Notes: generated by a model from the letters alone, not told the origin. Positions 26,970 through 36,208 are shown, counted from the first letter of the stretch. The stretch is DNA of 64,000 nucleotides from Candidatus Latescibacterota bacterium (GCA_965207885.1 OZ242311.1:544001-608000), one strand, 5' to 3'. Numbers and translations are program-made.

Positions 26970-29870
26970 ATGAGTAAACGCACTGGGAAATCGATGCGAA
27001 CCACGCAGCATATTATCGCGTTGATATGCTTTTTTTTGTCGGGGTTTGCCGGGCTGGTTTACGAGGTTGCCTGGATACGGCAGGCCGCGCTTTTGTTTGG
27101 GTCAACGACTTTTGCGGTGAGCGCGGTTTTGGCTGTTTTTTTTCTGGGTCTGGCTATTGGTGCGTATCTTTTCGGGCGCATTGGTCAACGAACTGCCCGG
27201 CCGCTTATTCTTTTTGCGTATATCGAAATTGGTCTGGGTCTTCTGGCTCTGATCAGTCCCTATGTTTTTGATTTTGCAGATTTTCTCTATGGCATCGCGT
27301 ATAGAATCTTGAGCGATGATCCCTTCCTGCGGTTTACTACCCGTCTTCTTCTCGTTGCGCTCGTCGTTTTGCCGCCCACTGTTCTGATGGGCGGTACGCT
27401 TCCTCTTTTTTGTCGTCAGTATTCGCGCAATAGCGGTAGAATTGCGCGTGCTGTTGGTCTTCTCTACGGTGTCAATACCCTGGGCGCTGCATTGGGTTGC
27501 GCGGCTGCGGGGTTTGTTTTTTTGCCGGATCTGGGTCTGCGCGGTGCGATCTATATCGGTGTGGTATGCAATATTCTGAGTGGTGTTGTTGTTCGCGCGC
27601 TGTCTATTGCGCGGGAGGATGTGTTTGCTTCTTCAGAGCAGTCCCGCGGTGTGAGTGGCGGACTTCCTCGGAGTAGCGTTGTATTTGTTCTGTTTTTTGC
27701 TGTTGGATTTGTGGCTCTGGGTGCCGAGGTGCTGTGGGTGCGGTATCTGGGGCTTCTGATCAATAATACGGTTTATACTTATACGCTGACGCTGGGCGTT
27801 GTGCTGGTTGGGCTGGTTCTGGGGAGTGTTCTCGCTGCTCAGTTTTCCGATAGGACAGAGAGACGGGCGTATTATTTTGGCGCGTTTCAGGTTGCGACGG
27901 GTCTTGTTGTGCTGGCTCTTTTGATGCTTTCGCCCGGGGCATGGCGAGGGTTGGGCAGTGATCTGTATATCTATTTTGCGGTGCTTTTGCCTCCTGCTGT
28001 GTTGAGTGGTGCGGCTTTTCCGCTTGCGATTCGGTTGGTGATTAGTAATGCGGAATATACGTCTGGGATGGCTGGGAATCTGATTGCGGTGAATACGCTT
28101 GGGGGTATTCTCGGGTCTCTTTTGATTGGTTTTGTGGGTATTCCCTTTTTTGGTCTTGAGAAGAGTCTGTTTTTTATTACGAGCGCGAATCTTGCTATTG
28201 GCATTTCTGCATGGTTTTTGCTGGATGGAAGATATCGCGTGTTCAAATATGTGGCTGCGCTGGTCGCTGTTCTGGTTTATCTGGGGATTCCGTATTTTTC
28301 GCAGACGCAGGTGCCTGCGGATTTTATCGGCGAGGGGCGGGATCTCGTGGCGTTCCGAGAGGGTTATGGCGCGAATATGGCGGTTGTCCGGCGGGAGGAT
28401 GATCTGGAGCTGGAGATTGATCGCTGGTGGCAGGGCGGGAGTAAGAAGAACCACCAGATTATGGCGGCGCATGTGCCGATGCTTTTGCATCCGAATCCCA
28501 AACGGGTCGTTGTTGTGGGGGCTGGTACGGGGCAGACGGTTAGTCGTTTTTTGATGTATCCCATCGATTATCTGGCGTGTGTGGATATCGAGCCTGCGCT
28601 TTTTCCTTTTATTGAGGAACATTTTGAGGCGGATTGGATGAGGGATCCGCGCGTGAAGATTATCGCTGAAGATGGGCGCAATTTCCTGCGCCATACTGCG
28701 GCGACTTATGATATTATTTCTCTTGAGCTTGGCGAGGTTTCTCGTCCGGGTGTGGCGTTTTTTTATACGGTTGATTTCTATGCGCGCGCCCGAGAACGTC
28801 TGGCACCAGGTGGGTATCTGGTGCAGTTTGTGCCGTTGCGTTTTTTGACGGAGGACCAGTTCCGCGGTGTTGTGCGCAGTTTTTTGACTGTTTTTCCGCA
28901 GAGCGTTTTGTGGTATAATACGTCTGAGCTTTTGCTTATTGGTTCGGTGGATGATGCGTTCAAGATTGCTGAGGGGAAATTGTTGGGGATGGATGAGGAG
29001 GTTCATGCGGATCTCCAATACAGTCACTGGGGCGGGGTGGCGTATTCTCTCAATCAGCCGCATGTTTTTTGGGGTGGTTATTTGATGGGGGCGGAGGGGC
29101 TGGCTTCTGCGACGGTTGAGGCGGATACGTATTGGGATGACCGACCGGTTCTGGACTATGAGACGGTTCAGAATGTGGAGAGCGATGGGCTTGCGTTTGC
29201 GGAGATGTTGTATAAATACCGGGATTCTATTGATGCGTTGATGCCGGGGGAGGTTGATGCGCGTATTGCGGCTGTTCAAAATAAGAATTTGAGGGAGATC
29301 GCCGCGCGCGTTTTTGTGCGTGAGGCGTCGGATTTGATTCCCACGCGAGAACACAGACGTATTGCAACGCTTTGTGCCGAGGCGATTCGCCGACTTCCCG
29401 AGTATGTGGATGCGCATCGCATGTTTGCCGATGCGATGATGCAACTGGGTCGCTTGCAGGATGCCGAAAGACACTATGCGCGGGTTTTGGAACTCGATCC
29501 CGCAGATGCTCGCGCGCTGAATGGTCGCGCTGTGGCGTTTCACCGCGCGGGACGGCTTGAGGATGCGGTTCGCTATTACGAGGATGCGATTCGCTACTAT
29601 CCGAATAATGCGCTGTCGCAAAATGGTATTGCTATGGCGCTTCACAGGCTTGGACGCTTTGATGAAGCGATTCAGTATTACAAGGATGCGATCCGCTTGC
29701 ATCCGGATAGGCCCGATACGTATGCCGATCTGGGTACGGCGCTGGCACAGGCGGGGAGGTTGCGAGAGGCTGTTCCCTATTTGGAGAAGGCGCTCGCTCT
29801 TCGGCCGAATTTTACACGGGTGCAGCGCGTTCTCGCGCAGATACGCGAAGAAGTGGGAAGTGAGAAGTAG
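26970..29870 (+). CDS. Fused membrane (MFS-like) / spermidine synthase-like methyltransferase with C-terminal TPRs
   Basis: SGFAGLVYEVAW TM repeats, VVGAGTGQT, DGRNFL, FYTVDFY, about 5 TPRs; alternative start 26994. Confidence 0.85.
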   Translation: MSKRTGKSMRTTQHIIALICFFLSGFAGLVYEVAWIRQAALLFGSTTFAVSAVLAVFFLGLAIGAYLFGRIGQRTARPLILFAYIEIGLGLLALISPYVFDFADFLYGIAYRILSDDPFLRFTTRLLLVALVVLPPTVLMGGTLPLFCRQYSRNSGRIARAVGLLYGVNTLGAALGCAAAGFVFLPDLGLRGAIYIGVVCNILSGVVVRALSIAREDVFASSEQSRGVSGGLPRSSVVFVLFFAVGFVALGAEVLWVRYLGLLINNTVYTYTLTLGVVLVGLVLGSVLAAQFSDRTERRAYYFGAFQVATGLVVLALLMLSPGAWRGLGSDLYIYFAVLLPPAVLSGAAFPLAIRLVISNAEYTSGMAGNLIAVNTLGGILGSLLIGFVGIPFFGLEKSLFFITSANLAIGISAWFLLDGRYRVFKYVAALVAVLVYLGIPYFSQTQVPADFIGEGRDLVAFREGYGANMAVVRREDDLELEIDRWWQGGSKKNHQIMAAHVPMLLHPNPKRVVVVGAGTGQTVSRFLMYPIDYLACVDIEPALFPFIEEHFEADWMRDPRVKIIAEDGRNFLRHTAATYDIISLELGEVSRPGVAFFYTVDFYARARERLAPGGYLVQFVPLRFLTEDQFRGVVRSFLTVFPQSVLWYNTSELLLIGSVDDAFKIAEGKLLGMDEEVHADLQYSHWGGVAYSLNQPHVFWGGYLMGAEGLASATVEADTYWDDRPVLDYETVQNVESDGLAFAEMLYKYRDSIDALMPGEVDARIAAVQNKNLREIAARVFVREASDLIPTREHRRIATLCAEAIRRLPEYVDAHRMFADAMMQLGRLQDAERHYARVLELDPADARALNGRAVAFHRAGRLEDAVRYYEDAIRYYPNNALSQNGIAMALHRLGRFDEAIQYYKDAIRLHPDRPDTYADLGTALAQAGRLREAVPYLEKALALRPNFTRVQRVLAQIREEVGSEK
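29850..29870 (+). repeat. GAAGTRR heptamer tandem array containing the stop codon
   Basis: GAAGTGG GAAGTGA GAAGTAG. Confidence 0.6.
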
Positions 29871-29899
29871 GACGTGTGAACCATAATAAGGAGGGCGCT

Positions 29900-30853
29900 A
29901 TGTCCAAATTTGTCTGTTTTCTGTTCGTTGTTTTGCTGTTTCAATCTGTTGATGCGCAGCAACCACAACAGCCACAACAACAAAACCGACGCCAGCAACG
30001 CACAATCACCGTGGAGCGAATTATGCAACAGTTACCCGAAGGTGTGACTTTTATTCCCGATATTGCGTATCGCGAGGGGAACGAGGCGTGGAAACTCGAT
30101 CTCGCGATGCCCACAGAGCGCGGCGAGTTTCCACGTCCTGCTCTTGTTTTTATCCACGGGGGTGGGTGGAGAGGTGGGGATAAACGTCGGGGAGGTTTTC
30201 TTCGTCCTACTATCAGCTATGCAGATAGGGGCTATGTTTGTGTTACGGTGAACTATCGGATGCTCGATGAAGCGCCTATTACCGCGTGTGTTGAGGATGT
30301 GAAGAATGCGGTGCGCTGGCTGCGCGCCCATGCCGAGGAGTACCATATTGATCCCGAGCGGATTGGCGCGAGTGGAAATTCCGCGGGGGCGCATCTGGCT
30401 GTTATGCTGGGTGTGTGTCCTCCTTCAGCTGGGCTTGAGGGCGATGGGCCTTACCAGGAGTATTCCAGTATGGTTCAGGCTGTTGTGGCGAGTGCTACGC
30501 CTACCGACTTCCTGTCTGCTATGAGTGACCGTCAACGCAATCAGCAGCGAGCACGCCCTCCTCGCAAAAATGAGCTTAGACTGGAATCCGAAGAGGTTCG
30601 CGCTAAGGTTTCTCCTGTGACCTATGCCTCGGCTGATGCACCACCTATTTTGCTCGTCCATGCAATATCTGATCGCACGGTTGGTGTCTATCATTCGGAC
30701 AAGCTTGTCAATGCGCTGCGAGAAGCTGGTGCCAAGAATGTCAGTTATATTCTTCTGGGCGATGAGAGTGGACACGGTGCTTTTCAGCGCAATATCGCGT
30801 TTACCGAGCCTGCCCGTGAAGCTTTTTTTAATCGTGTGTTAAAGGCAAAATAA
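29900..30853 (+). CDS. Secreted alpha/beta hydrolase (BD-FAE/esterase-like)
   Basis: Signal peptide, HGGGW, GNSAGAHL nucleophile elbow, D and GHG; AAGGAGG RBS. Confidence 0.88.
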   Translation: MSKFVCFLFVVLLFQSVDAQQPQQPQQQNRRQQRTITVERIMQQLPEGVTFIPDIAYREGNEAWKLDLAMPTERGEFPRPALVFIHGGGWRGGDKRRGGFLRPTISYADRGYVCVTVNYRMLDEAPITACVEDVKNAVRWLRAHAEEYHIDPERIGASGNSAGAHLAVMLGVCPPSAGLEGDGPYQEYSSMVQAVVASATPTDFLSAMSDRQRNQQRARPPRKNELRLESEEVRAKVSPVTYASADAPPILLVHAISDRTVGVYHSDKLVNALREAGAKNVSYILLGDESGHGAFQRNIAFTEPAREAFFNRVLKAK

Positions 30854-30854
30854 G

Positions 30855-32168
30855 ATGACTCTATATGAGCTTGAAGCGCGGGTGGCTGGCGCACAGCCGG
30901 GCGATGTGATTACGCTTTCCGATGGCGTGTATGATGGTGAGAGGTGCAAGCTCGCGGCAAGGGGGACCGCAGATCAGCCGATTGTTATTCGGGCTGAGAA
31001 TATGGGGCGGGCGGTTGTAAAGGCACCGCTGCTGGTGGTGGGAGATTATATCAGTTTTGTGGGGCTGCACTTTGTGGAGAAGGGGAGTGTGGAGATTCGA
31101 GGGAGGGGTTGTCGCATAAGTCGCTGTGTGATGACGGATGTTCAGGTTGGCAAGTGGATACGGGTGAGGGCAGAGAGTCGGGAGGTTGAGGTTGATCGCT
31201 GCCGGTTTGAGAATAAGACCAATAATCTCGAGGAGACGCGCGGCTGCCAGTTGATGCAGATTTACGTTCGGAATCAGGGCGAGGGACACCGTGTTCATCA
31301 TAATTATTTTGTCGATGTTCCGGATGGTAAGGAGAGCAATGGATACGAGACGCTTCAGCTTATGACGGAGGGGAATCCTTACGATCCGGAGCCGGGCGAT
31401 TGTGAGACGGTGATTGAGTACAATCTTTTTGTGCGTTGTAGTGGGGAGGCGGAGATTATTTCTGTGAAGTCCAATGGCAATATTCTCCGCAGGAATACGT
31501 TTCGCGATTGCCGGGGGGCGCTGGTGCTTCGGCATGGGCATGGCAATGTGGTGTCTGAGAATTTCTTTTTCGGCGAGGGCGAACGCCGGGCGGGCGGTGT
31601 GCGCTTGCAAGGGACGGATCAGGTTGTGGTGAATAATTTGTTTCACTCGCTCAATGCGTTTGGGGTGGGGATGATGGATGGGACGACGGATGATCTCTAT
31701 GTACGGGTGGAGCGCGCGCTGATTGCGTTTAATACGTTTGTGGGATGTAGTCCGGCGATGGTTGTGGGGCTAAATCACAGCAGGTATCCCAATGGCACGG
31801 CGCCTAAAGATTGTGTGGTTGCGAATAATGCTTTTGTGAGATCCGATGGGACTGTGCGGCTGGTGCAGGACGATGAGCCAGTGGATTGGATGTGGGAGGG
31901 GAATGTGACGGATGGGGATTTGGGTATGCCTGATCGGGATGGGATAAGAATTGCTAAGGTGGATGTGGATTATCTGTCCAATGGGGTTGTTGCGCCAGCA
32001 GAGTCCAGTGATCTAATTGGCAATGCCGAAGGGGATTATCCAGAGATTACGACGGATGTTCTGGGGCATTCACGGGACGAGCAAAAGACGATTGGTTGTG
32101 TTGAGTTTCCGACGAGAACGGAGGATGGTGGTCCTTTAACTGCGGAGGATGTGGGACCAGGGTGGTAG
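30855..32168 (+). CDS. Polysaccharide lyase family 6 (chondroitinase B / alginate lyase-like)
   Basis: PGDVI.L.DG.Y, NGYETLQ, GEAEIISVKS (catalytic Lys), LVLRHG (catalytic Arg); beta-helix repeats. Confidence 0.85.
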   Translation: MTLYELEARVAGAQPGDVITLSDGVYDGERCKLAARGTADQPIVIRAENMGRAVVKAPLLVVGDYISFVGLHFVEKGSVEIRGRGCRISRCVMTDVQVGKWIRVRAESREVEVDRCRFENKTNNLEETRGCQLMQIYVRNQGEGHRVHHNYFVDVPDGKESNGYETLQLMTEGNPYDPEPGDCETVIEYNLFVRCSGEAEIISVKSNGNILRRNTFRDCRGALVLRHGHGNVVSENFFFGEGERRAGGVRLQGTDQVVVNNLFHSLNAFGVGMMDGTTDDLYVRVERALIAFNTFVGCSPAMVVGLNHSRYPNGTAPKDCVVANNAFVRSDGTVRLVQDDEPVDWMWEGNVTDGDLGMPDRDGIRIAKVDVDYLSNGVVAPAESSDLIGNAEGDYPEITTDVLGHSRDEQKTIGCVEFPTRTEDGGPLTAEDVGPGW

Positions 32169-32170
32169 CG

Positions 32171-32473
32171 TTAAGCGATGGAGACGACGAGGTTCAAGTT
32201 TTCTTTTCGTAGCATGTCTTGTAGTGCAAGCTGAACCCAAAAGCTCTCTGGCTCGCCGAGTTGTCTGGCAATTTTGGCTGCTCTGCTGGGGCTTGGGATT
32301 CTTCTTTCTTTTTCTATATCACAAAGGCTTTGAGGCGAAATGCCCAAAAAATCAGCAAACGCTCTCTGGCTTTTTTCTTCTCCTTTTCGATAGCTGGATA
32401 GGGCATTTCCAAATGTGAGACACCCAAAGTCTCTCGCCAGTTCAGAAGTCCCATATTGTTCTTTAGTAATCAT
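32171..32473 (-). CDS. XRE-family HTH protein (HigA-like antitoxin), no toxin partner
   Basis: SQRAFADFLGISPQSLCDIEKERR HTH, VQLALQD; GAGGAG RBS. Confidence 0.8.
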   Translation of the reverse strand: MITKEQYGTSELARDFGCLTFGNALSSYRKGEEKSQRAFADFLGISPQSLCDIEKERRIPSPSRAAKIARQLGEPESFWVQLALQDMLRKENLNLVVSIA

Positions 32474-32517
32474 GTTAATTGATCTCCTCACATATCATCA
32501 TCCCTATCAACAAACCC

Positions 32518-32548
32518 GTCATTGCGGCATGGTTTTAGCCGCAATCCA
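32518..32548 (+). repeat. REP/RPE-like palindromic element, copy 2 (contains the DUF433 stop codon)
   Basis: GTCATTGCGGC-ATGGTTTTA-GCCGCAATCCA. Confidence 0.85.
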
Positions 32549-32722
32549 CTACCAGCGTAGTGCGCTCCCGATCTGCCGCATAACTCAAGCAGGCCAAAAT
32601 GTCCTCTTCCTGGAGATAGGGAAACTCGTTGAGAATTTCCTGGTGTGTCATACCAGATGTGAGATAATCAAGCACATCATAAACAGTTATTCTCATTCCT
32701 CTGATACAAGGCTTTCCGCCTC

Positions 32723-32900
32723 TCTTTCCAGGTTCAATGGTATTGACATACTCCCAAAGCTGAAGCATTGGGATTCTCGTAGCTTCAGCAGGGATTGTGC
32801 GATCAGCAGTCGCCGCCGACTATACAAGCTCGGTCTTACGCAACCTCCTGCATAGGTGGATGTCCCCACCTGTGAATGTTTATTGCTGCGTTGAGGTCTC
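32723..32900 (-). ncRNA. Putative TnpB omegaRNA (reRNA): scaffold over tnpB 3' end/right end plus guide from flank
   Basis: By analogy with characterised TnpB systems; guide would start at 32742 (UACCAUUGAACCUGGAAAGA); 5' boundary uncertain. Confidence 0.6.
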
Positions 32901-33939
32901 TGTCCATCTCGGACCCACATTCGCAACGGAACGTCCTCTCTCGCAAGGGGAGATCTTCTTTAACAGTGCCACAAGCAGAGCAGGTCTTAGAAGTTGGCAG
33001 CCATTGGTTAAGTTGCTTGACTTTCTTGCCTGTCTTTTGTGCGACATACTTGAGAATGGTCAAGAAGTTGGCAAAGCCCAAGTCGTTAATCTTCCTGCCC
33101 CACAGCTTTTGCATGGCTTTGATGTTCAGCTTCTCAAAGCACACAATGTCATATTCTTTGCACAGGTGGTGGGCAAGTCGCCAGTGGTAGTCTCGCCTCT
33201 GATTGGCAACATGCCGATGCACTTTGGCAAGATGTAGCCTTGCTCGATGGCGATTGTTGCTCCCTTTCTGTTTGCGAGAAAGATTGCGGTTGGCTTTCTT
33301 GACCTGTCTGGTGTTGCGAGAAAAGAACAAAGGCGATTGTGTGCGTGTATTGTCAGAGGCAGTCAGGTATGTCTTCAAGCCAAAGTCAAAGCCTGCGGTT
33401 TTACCGTTCTTGGCAATGACTTGCTTGATACCTTCAGCCTTTGCGACAACACATAGCCACAGGTCGCCTACGCGGTCACGGATGATTGTAACCGTCTTAA
33501 TGCTATCTGCATCGAAGGATCTACTCTTATGGTATCTGAAGACACGCCTGCCGATACGCACCTTGTTACCCTCAAGAAACTTGTAGCCTGCCTGCTTTAG
33601 CGTATAGGACAGATACCGAAACTTTGACCTGAAGGTAGGCGGTCGCTTGTTGTCTCTGGCAAAGAATTTCTGATAGCCAAAGTCTATGCGCTCTACTACA
33701 TTTTGCAATGCCTGGGATGGCAATAAGCACCAGTGGGCAAAGCGTGTGGTTCGCTTCAGCTTTGTCAGATGATTGATCAGCGTGAACTTGCTCGGATACT
33801 TGTTGAACCTGCTGTAGTATCGTTTATGCAACGCAATGAAGTGGTTATACACACCGGCAAAGGCGTCTATATCTCGATGGAGATACTTATTGCGATCACA
33901 GCGACTATACAACTTAAACTTGTATGTGATGTAGTCCAT
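32836..33939 (-). CDS. tnpB: RNA-guided endonuclease TnpB
   Basis: RuvC-I GFDFGLK, RuvC-II FEKL, CSACG/CECG zinc finger, RuvC-III DRDLNAAINI; start 33939 or 33948. Confidence 0.93.
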   Translation of the reverse strand: MDYITYKFKLYSRCDRNKYLHRDIDAFAGVYNHFIALHKRYYSRFNKYPSKFTLINHLTKLKRTTRFAHWCLLPSQALQNVVERIDFGYQKFFARDNKRPPTFRSKFRYLSYTLKQAGYKFLEGNKVRIGRRVFRYHKSRSFDADSIKTVTIIRDRVGDLWLCVVAKAEGIKQVIAKNGKTAGFDFGLKTYLTASDNTRTQSPLFFSRNTRQVKKANRNLSRKQKGSNNRHRARLHLAKVHRHVANQRRDYHWRLAHHLCKEYDIVCFEKLNIKAMQKLWGRKINDLGFANFLTILKYVAQKTGKKVKQLNQWLPTSKTCSACGTVKEDLPLRERTFRCECGSEMDRDLNAAINIHRWGHPPMQEVA

Positions 33940-33949
33940 ACTTGACATC

Positions 33950-34086
33950 AAAGAAAGAAGCCCGCAAGGTTGTCCACTGATAACCAAAAGCTATCAGACC
34001 TCACGGGCTAATAATAGGCACAAAAAAGGCTTTTGGTTTTGTTCAGTGGACAGAAGTAATATACTTAAATATCAACATCTTAGCAA
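33950..34086 (-). promoter_or_regulatory. tnpB promoter and structured leader
   Basis: TTGCTA-17-TATATT (34086-34058); helices 34029-34052/33971-33991 and 33998-34009/33959-33970 followed by a U-rich tract. Confidence 0.55.
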
Positions 34087-34240
34087 GGAAAATCCATGCT
34101 AAAGCAACACCAAAATCAAAGCCCTTATCCGATAATATCTTTGTAGTTCATGCGGACCTCTGTTTTCTGTTCACGCCACTAATTTAACGCGACCTCGCAA
34201 ATAATCAAATTTTTCCGGGAGTTCTCCATACAAGCACCGA

Positions 34241-34324
34241 GAGATATTTTGAAATGCGGTTGACAATATCGCCTCGTTGCGACATTTTTAGATCTGATAA
34301 TGTGGATATGATGGGAGGTAGCGC
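34241..34324 (+). repeat. Island module-boundary repeat A (TTGACA plus AATRTCGC-N6-GCGACATT palindrome)
   Basis: About 84 bp alignable with 37779-37861; core also at 39319-39342 and 39408-39445. Confidence 0.8.
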
Positions 34325-34537
34325 GTGGAAAAATTGTCACGGATTACTTTCGATCCCGCGGTCATGAGTGGCAAGGCATGTATTCGGGGACTGCGAGTGA
34401 CGGTTGGAACTGTTGTGGGACTCCTGGCAGCCGGTCGGTCACATGAGGAAATATTAAAAGCCTATCCTTATCTTGAACCAGAAGATATCGATCAAGCTCT
34501 GGCTTATGCGCGGGGCGAAGAAATACCTTCGAGATGA
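34325..34537 (+). CDS. DUF433 antitoxin-like protein
   Basis: RITFDPAVMSGKACIRGLRVTV, EILKAYPYLEPEDI; GGGAGG RBS supplied by repeat A. Confidence 0.85.
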   Translation: MEKLSRITFDPAVMSGKACIRGLRVTVGTVVGLLAAGRSHEEILKAYPYLEPEDIDQALAYARGEEIPSR

Positions 34538-34557
34538 GCGGGCTAAGGAGTCAAGCC

Positions 34558-34789
34558 ATGGTGTGCGATATATGTGGGAAAGAGGGGGTGCGCCAGCGTT
34601 ACGTTTCACGTAGTTATGGGAAAGGCGCGTTCCTTCTTGTTATCGAAGGTGTGCCTGTGATGGGTTGTCCCCATTGTGGCGAAAGCTATTTGACAGCACA
34701 AACTCTGCATGAAGTTGACCGCATTCATTAAGCGCGAGCGAGAAGGAATTGCGACTAAACGCACCGTAGCGGTCGCTGCATTTGCATAA
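34558..34789 (+). pseudogene. YgiT/MqsA-type zinc-finger antitoxin, frameshifted
   Basis: CDIC..CPHCGESY; CATT duplication at 34722-34729 shifts frame; removing it restores DRIKREREGIATKRTVAVAAFA*. Confidence 0.8.
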
Positions 34790-34881
34790 CCCGCGAGGAA
34801 TGCGTCGCAATCTGGCACGCGACGAGAGATGTTTTAAAATGTGAAGAATACAGGCGTTGGTTAATCGTACCGACCCATTCT

Positions 34882-34921
34882 ATGCCGCTCTCCCAATATC
34901 GGGAGGGCGGTATTTTTATTT
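34882..34921 (+). terminator. Intrinsic terminator
   Basis: ATGCCGCTCTCCC-N6-GGGAGGGCGGTAT followed by a T-rich tract. Confidence 0.7.
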
Positions 34922-35209
34922 ATAACTGGAGACGTTGGTCAAGTCCATGCTACATTCGTGGATTGAGGGCCAGAAGCTCAATACATCAAAATGTCCGCGT
35001 TTGTCTTCTTGGGTACGCTCTGATGAGACGTTAAACATATTCCAGGAGACAAGATAAGGACATATTTGCTCTTTATGTCATTTATATAAATATTTTATTC
35101 AGGATTTTCCACTCTATTTCTGTTGAAAAATTTTTCTAAAAAAGATATATTCTTGGTGTATCGTATTTAAGCAGTCTCATTATGAAAACTCAAGCTAAGG
35201 AGTTTTGCC

Positions 35210-36208
35210 ATGAAAATCAATCCTGATTGCCTTCGCACCGTGCGCCAAAAGAAAGGATTTACACGTCCACAACTTGAAAAAAGATCTGGCATCACCGTAC
35301 GCACGATCCAACGTTTGGAACAAGAACCATATCGATCCCAGAAGACCCGAGAGGACACACTGAACCGCTTGGCCAAAGCACTCAGCGTTGAACCAGGTGT
35401 GCTCACAGGCGATTTACCACTTCCCGAGTCCGATGATACGCTCACCGACAATCTTGATCGCGTCCAGATCGGCGCGCAGATCGCACCAAAGGCCCGACTT
35501 GCATACGATCTCATCAAACGCCGATATGGTGTCAATGCCACTGAGATCATTAACATGGCACCGCTCTTCTTCACGCTTCTGGCCGAGGGCAGTCTCGCCT
35601 GGCGACGCAAAAAATTGAAAGAGGCGGAAGAAACGTACGATCATTTGATGCAAATTGATGGATTCTGGAGTGGGGGTAGCGCATTTATTGAGCACGGCAT
35701 GGGCGAAGGTACCTTCGTAGAAGAAGAGTCCATCGATAGGGCTGATCTGTTCGGCGAACATCTGGATGATGATTTTGATTCCTCTAAAAACAACCCATTC
35801 ACCTACTATTTGCGAAAGTTGGCAAATGAACTCGACATCACCGGCATCGTTGGTGTAGATGGCGGTGTTCTCAGTATTGCATCAAATTTCAAGTTTCCTC
35901 ACTACGACATCTGTAGTGAAGAACTCGACCACATTGCTAACGGATCTCCTATTGCCAGGGTATGCCTTGAAACTGGTTGTGCGCGGCCCTCAGAGATTCC
36001 CGATGAACTGATGGCAGAAGATGCTGGTGAGGAGCGTGTGCAGTGGCTTAAAAAAAAGCTACCGGATATTTTGAAACGGGATAAAGAGGGCGTAATCGCA
36101 GAGTTTATAGCCACGTCGCTACAAGGCGATGAGCAGAGGGATTTTTTCTTGATGTTGGATTCTCAAAAGACCAATTCCGAAACTGAGAAAGGAGAGAACG
36201 ACGAATGA
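35210..36208 (+). CDS. XRE-family HTH protein with large uncharacterised C-terminal region
   Basis: LRTVRQKKGFTRPQLEKRSGITVRTIQRLE HTH; AAGGAG RBS. Confidence 0.8.
   Translation: MKINPDCLRTVRQKKGFTRPQLEKRSGITVRTIQRLEQEPYRSQKTREDTLNRLAKALSVEPGVLTGDLPLPESDDTLTDNLDRVQIGAQIAPKARLAYDLIKRRYGVNATEIINMAPLFFTLLAEGSLAWRRKKLKEAEETYDHLMQIDGFWSGGSAFIEHGMGEGTFVEEESIDRADLFGEHLDDDFDSSKNNPFTYYLRKLANELDITGIVGVDGGVLSIASNFKFPHYDICSEELDHIANGSPIARVCLETGCARPSEIPDELMAEDAGEERVQWLKKKLPDILKRDKEGVIAEFIATSLQGDEQRDFFLMLDSQKTNSETEKGENDE

Larger units (their letters stand above)
32743..34131 (-). mobile_element. IS200/IS605-family, tnpB-only (IS1341-like) element, 1389 bp
   Basis: Right end GAATCCCAATGCTTCAGCTTTGGGAGTATGTCAA; ends fixed by rejoining the host gene; no TSD; no tnpA. 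Confidence 0.9.
32535..34151 (-). pseudogene. DUF433 antitoxin-like gene interrupted by the IS200/IS605 element
   Basis: 5' part ATG AAC TAC AAA GAT ATT AT (34151-34132) joined to T ACC ATT GAA CCT (from 32742) gives MNYKDIITIEPGKRGGKPCIRGMRITVYDVL. Confidence 0.9.

Noticed and set aside
27633-29702. 689-aa antisense ORF (also 368-1387, 25481-26938, 39573-40703, 45329-46006)
   Set aside because: Shadows of motif-bearing genes on the other strand, explained by skewed codon usage; no motifs of their own
32836-33939. TnpB as Cas12f or part of an IStron
   Set aside because: No CRISPR array; it has an IS605-type right end; the ~190-bp leader is too short and lacks a recognisable group I intron core
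35020-35050. CTGATGA as a hammerhead ribozyme core
   Set aside because: No downstream GAAA or supporting stems
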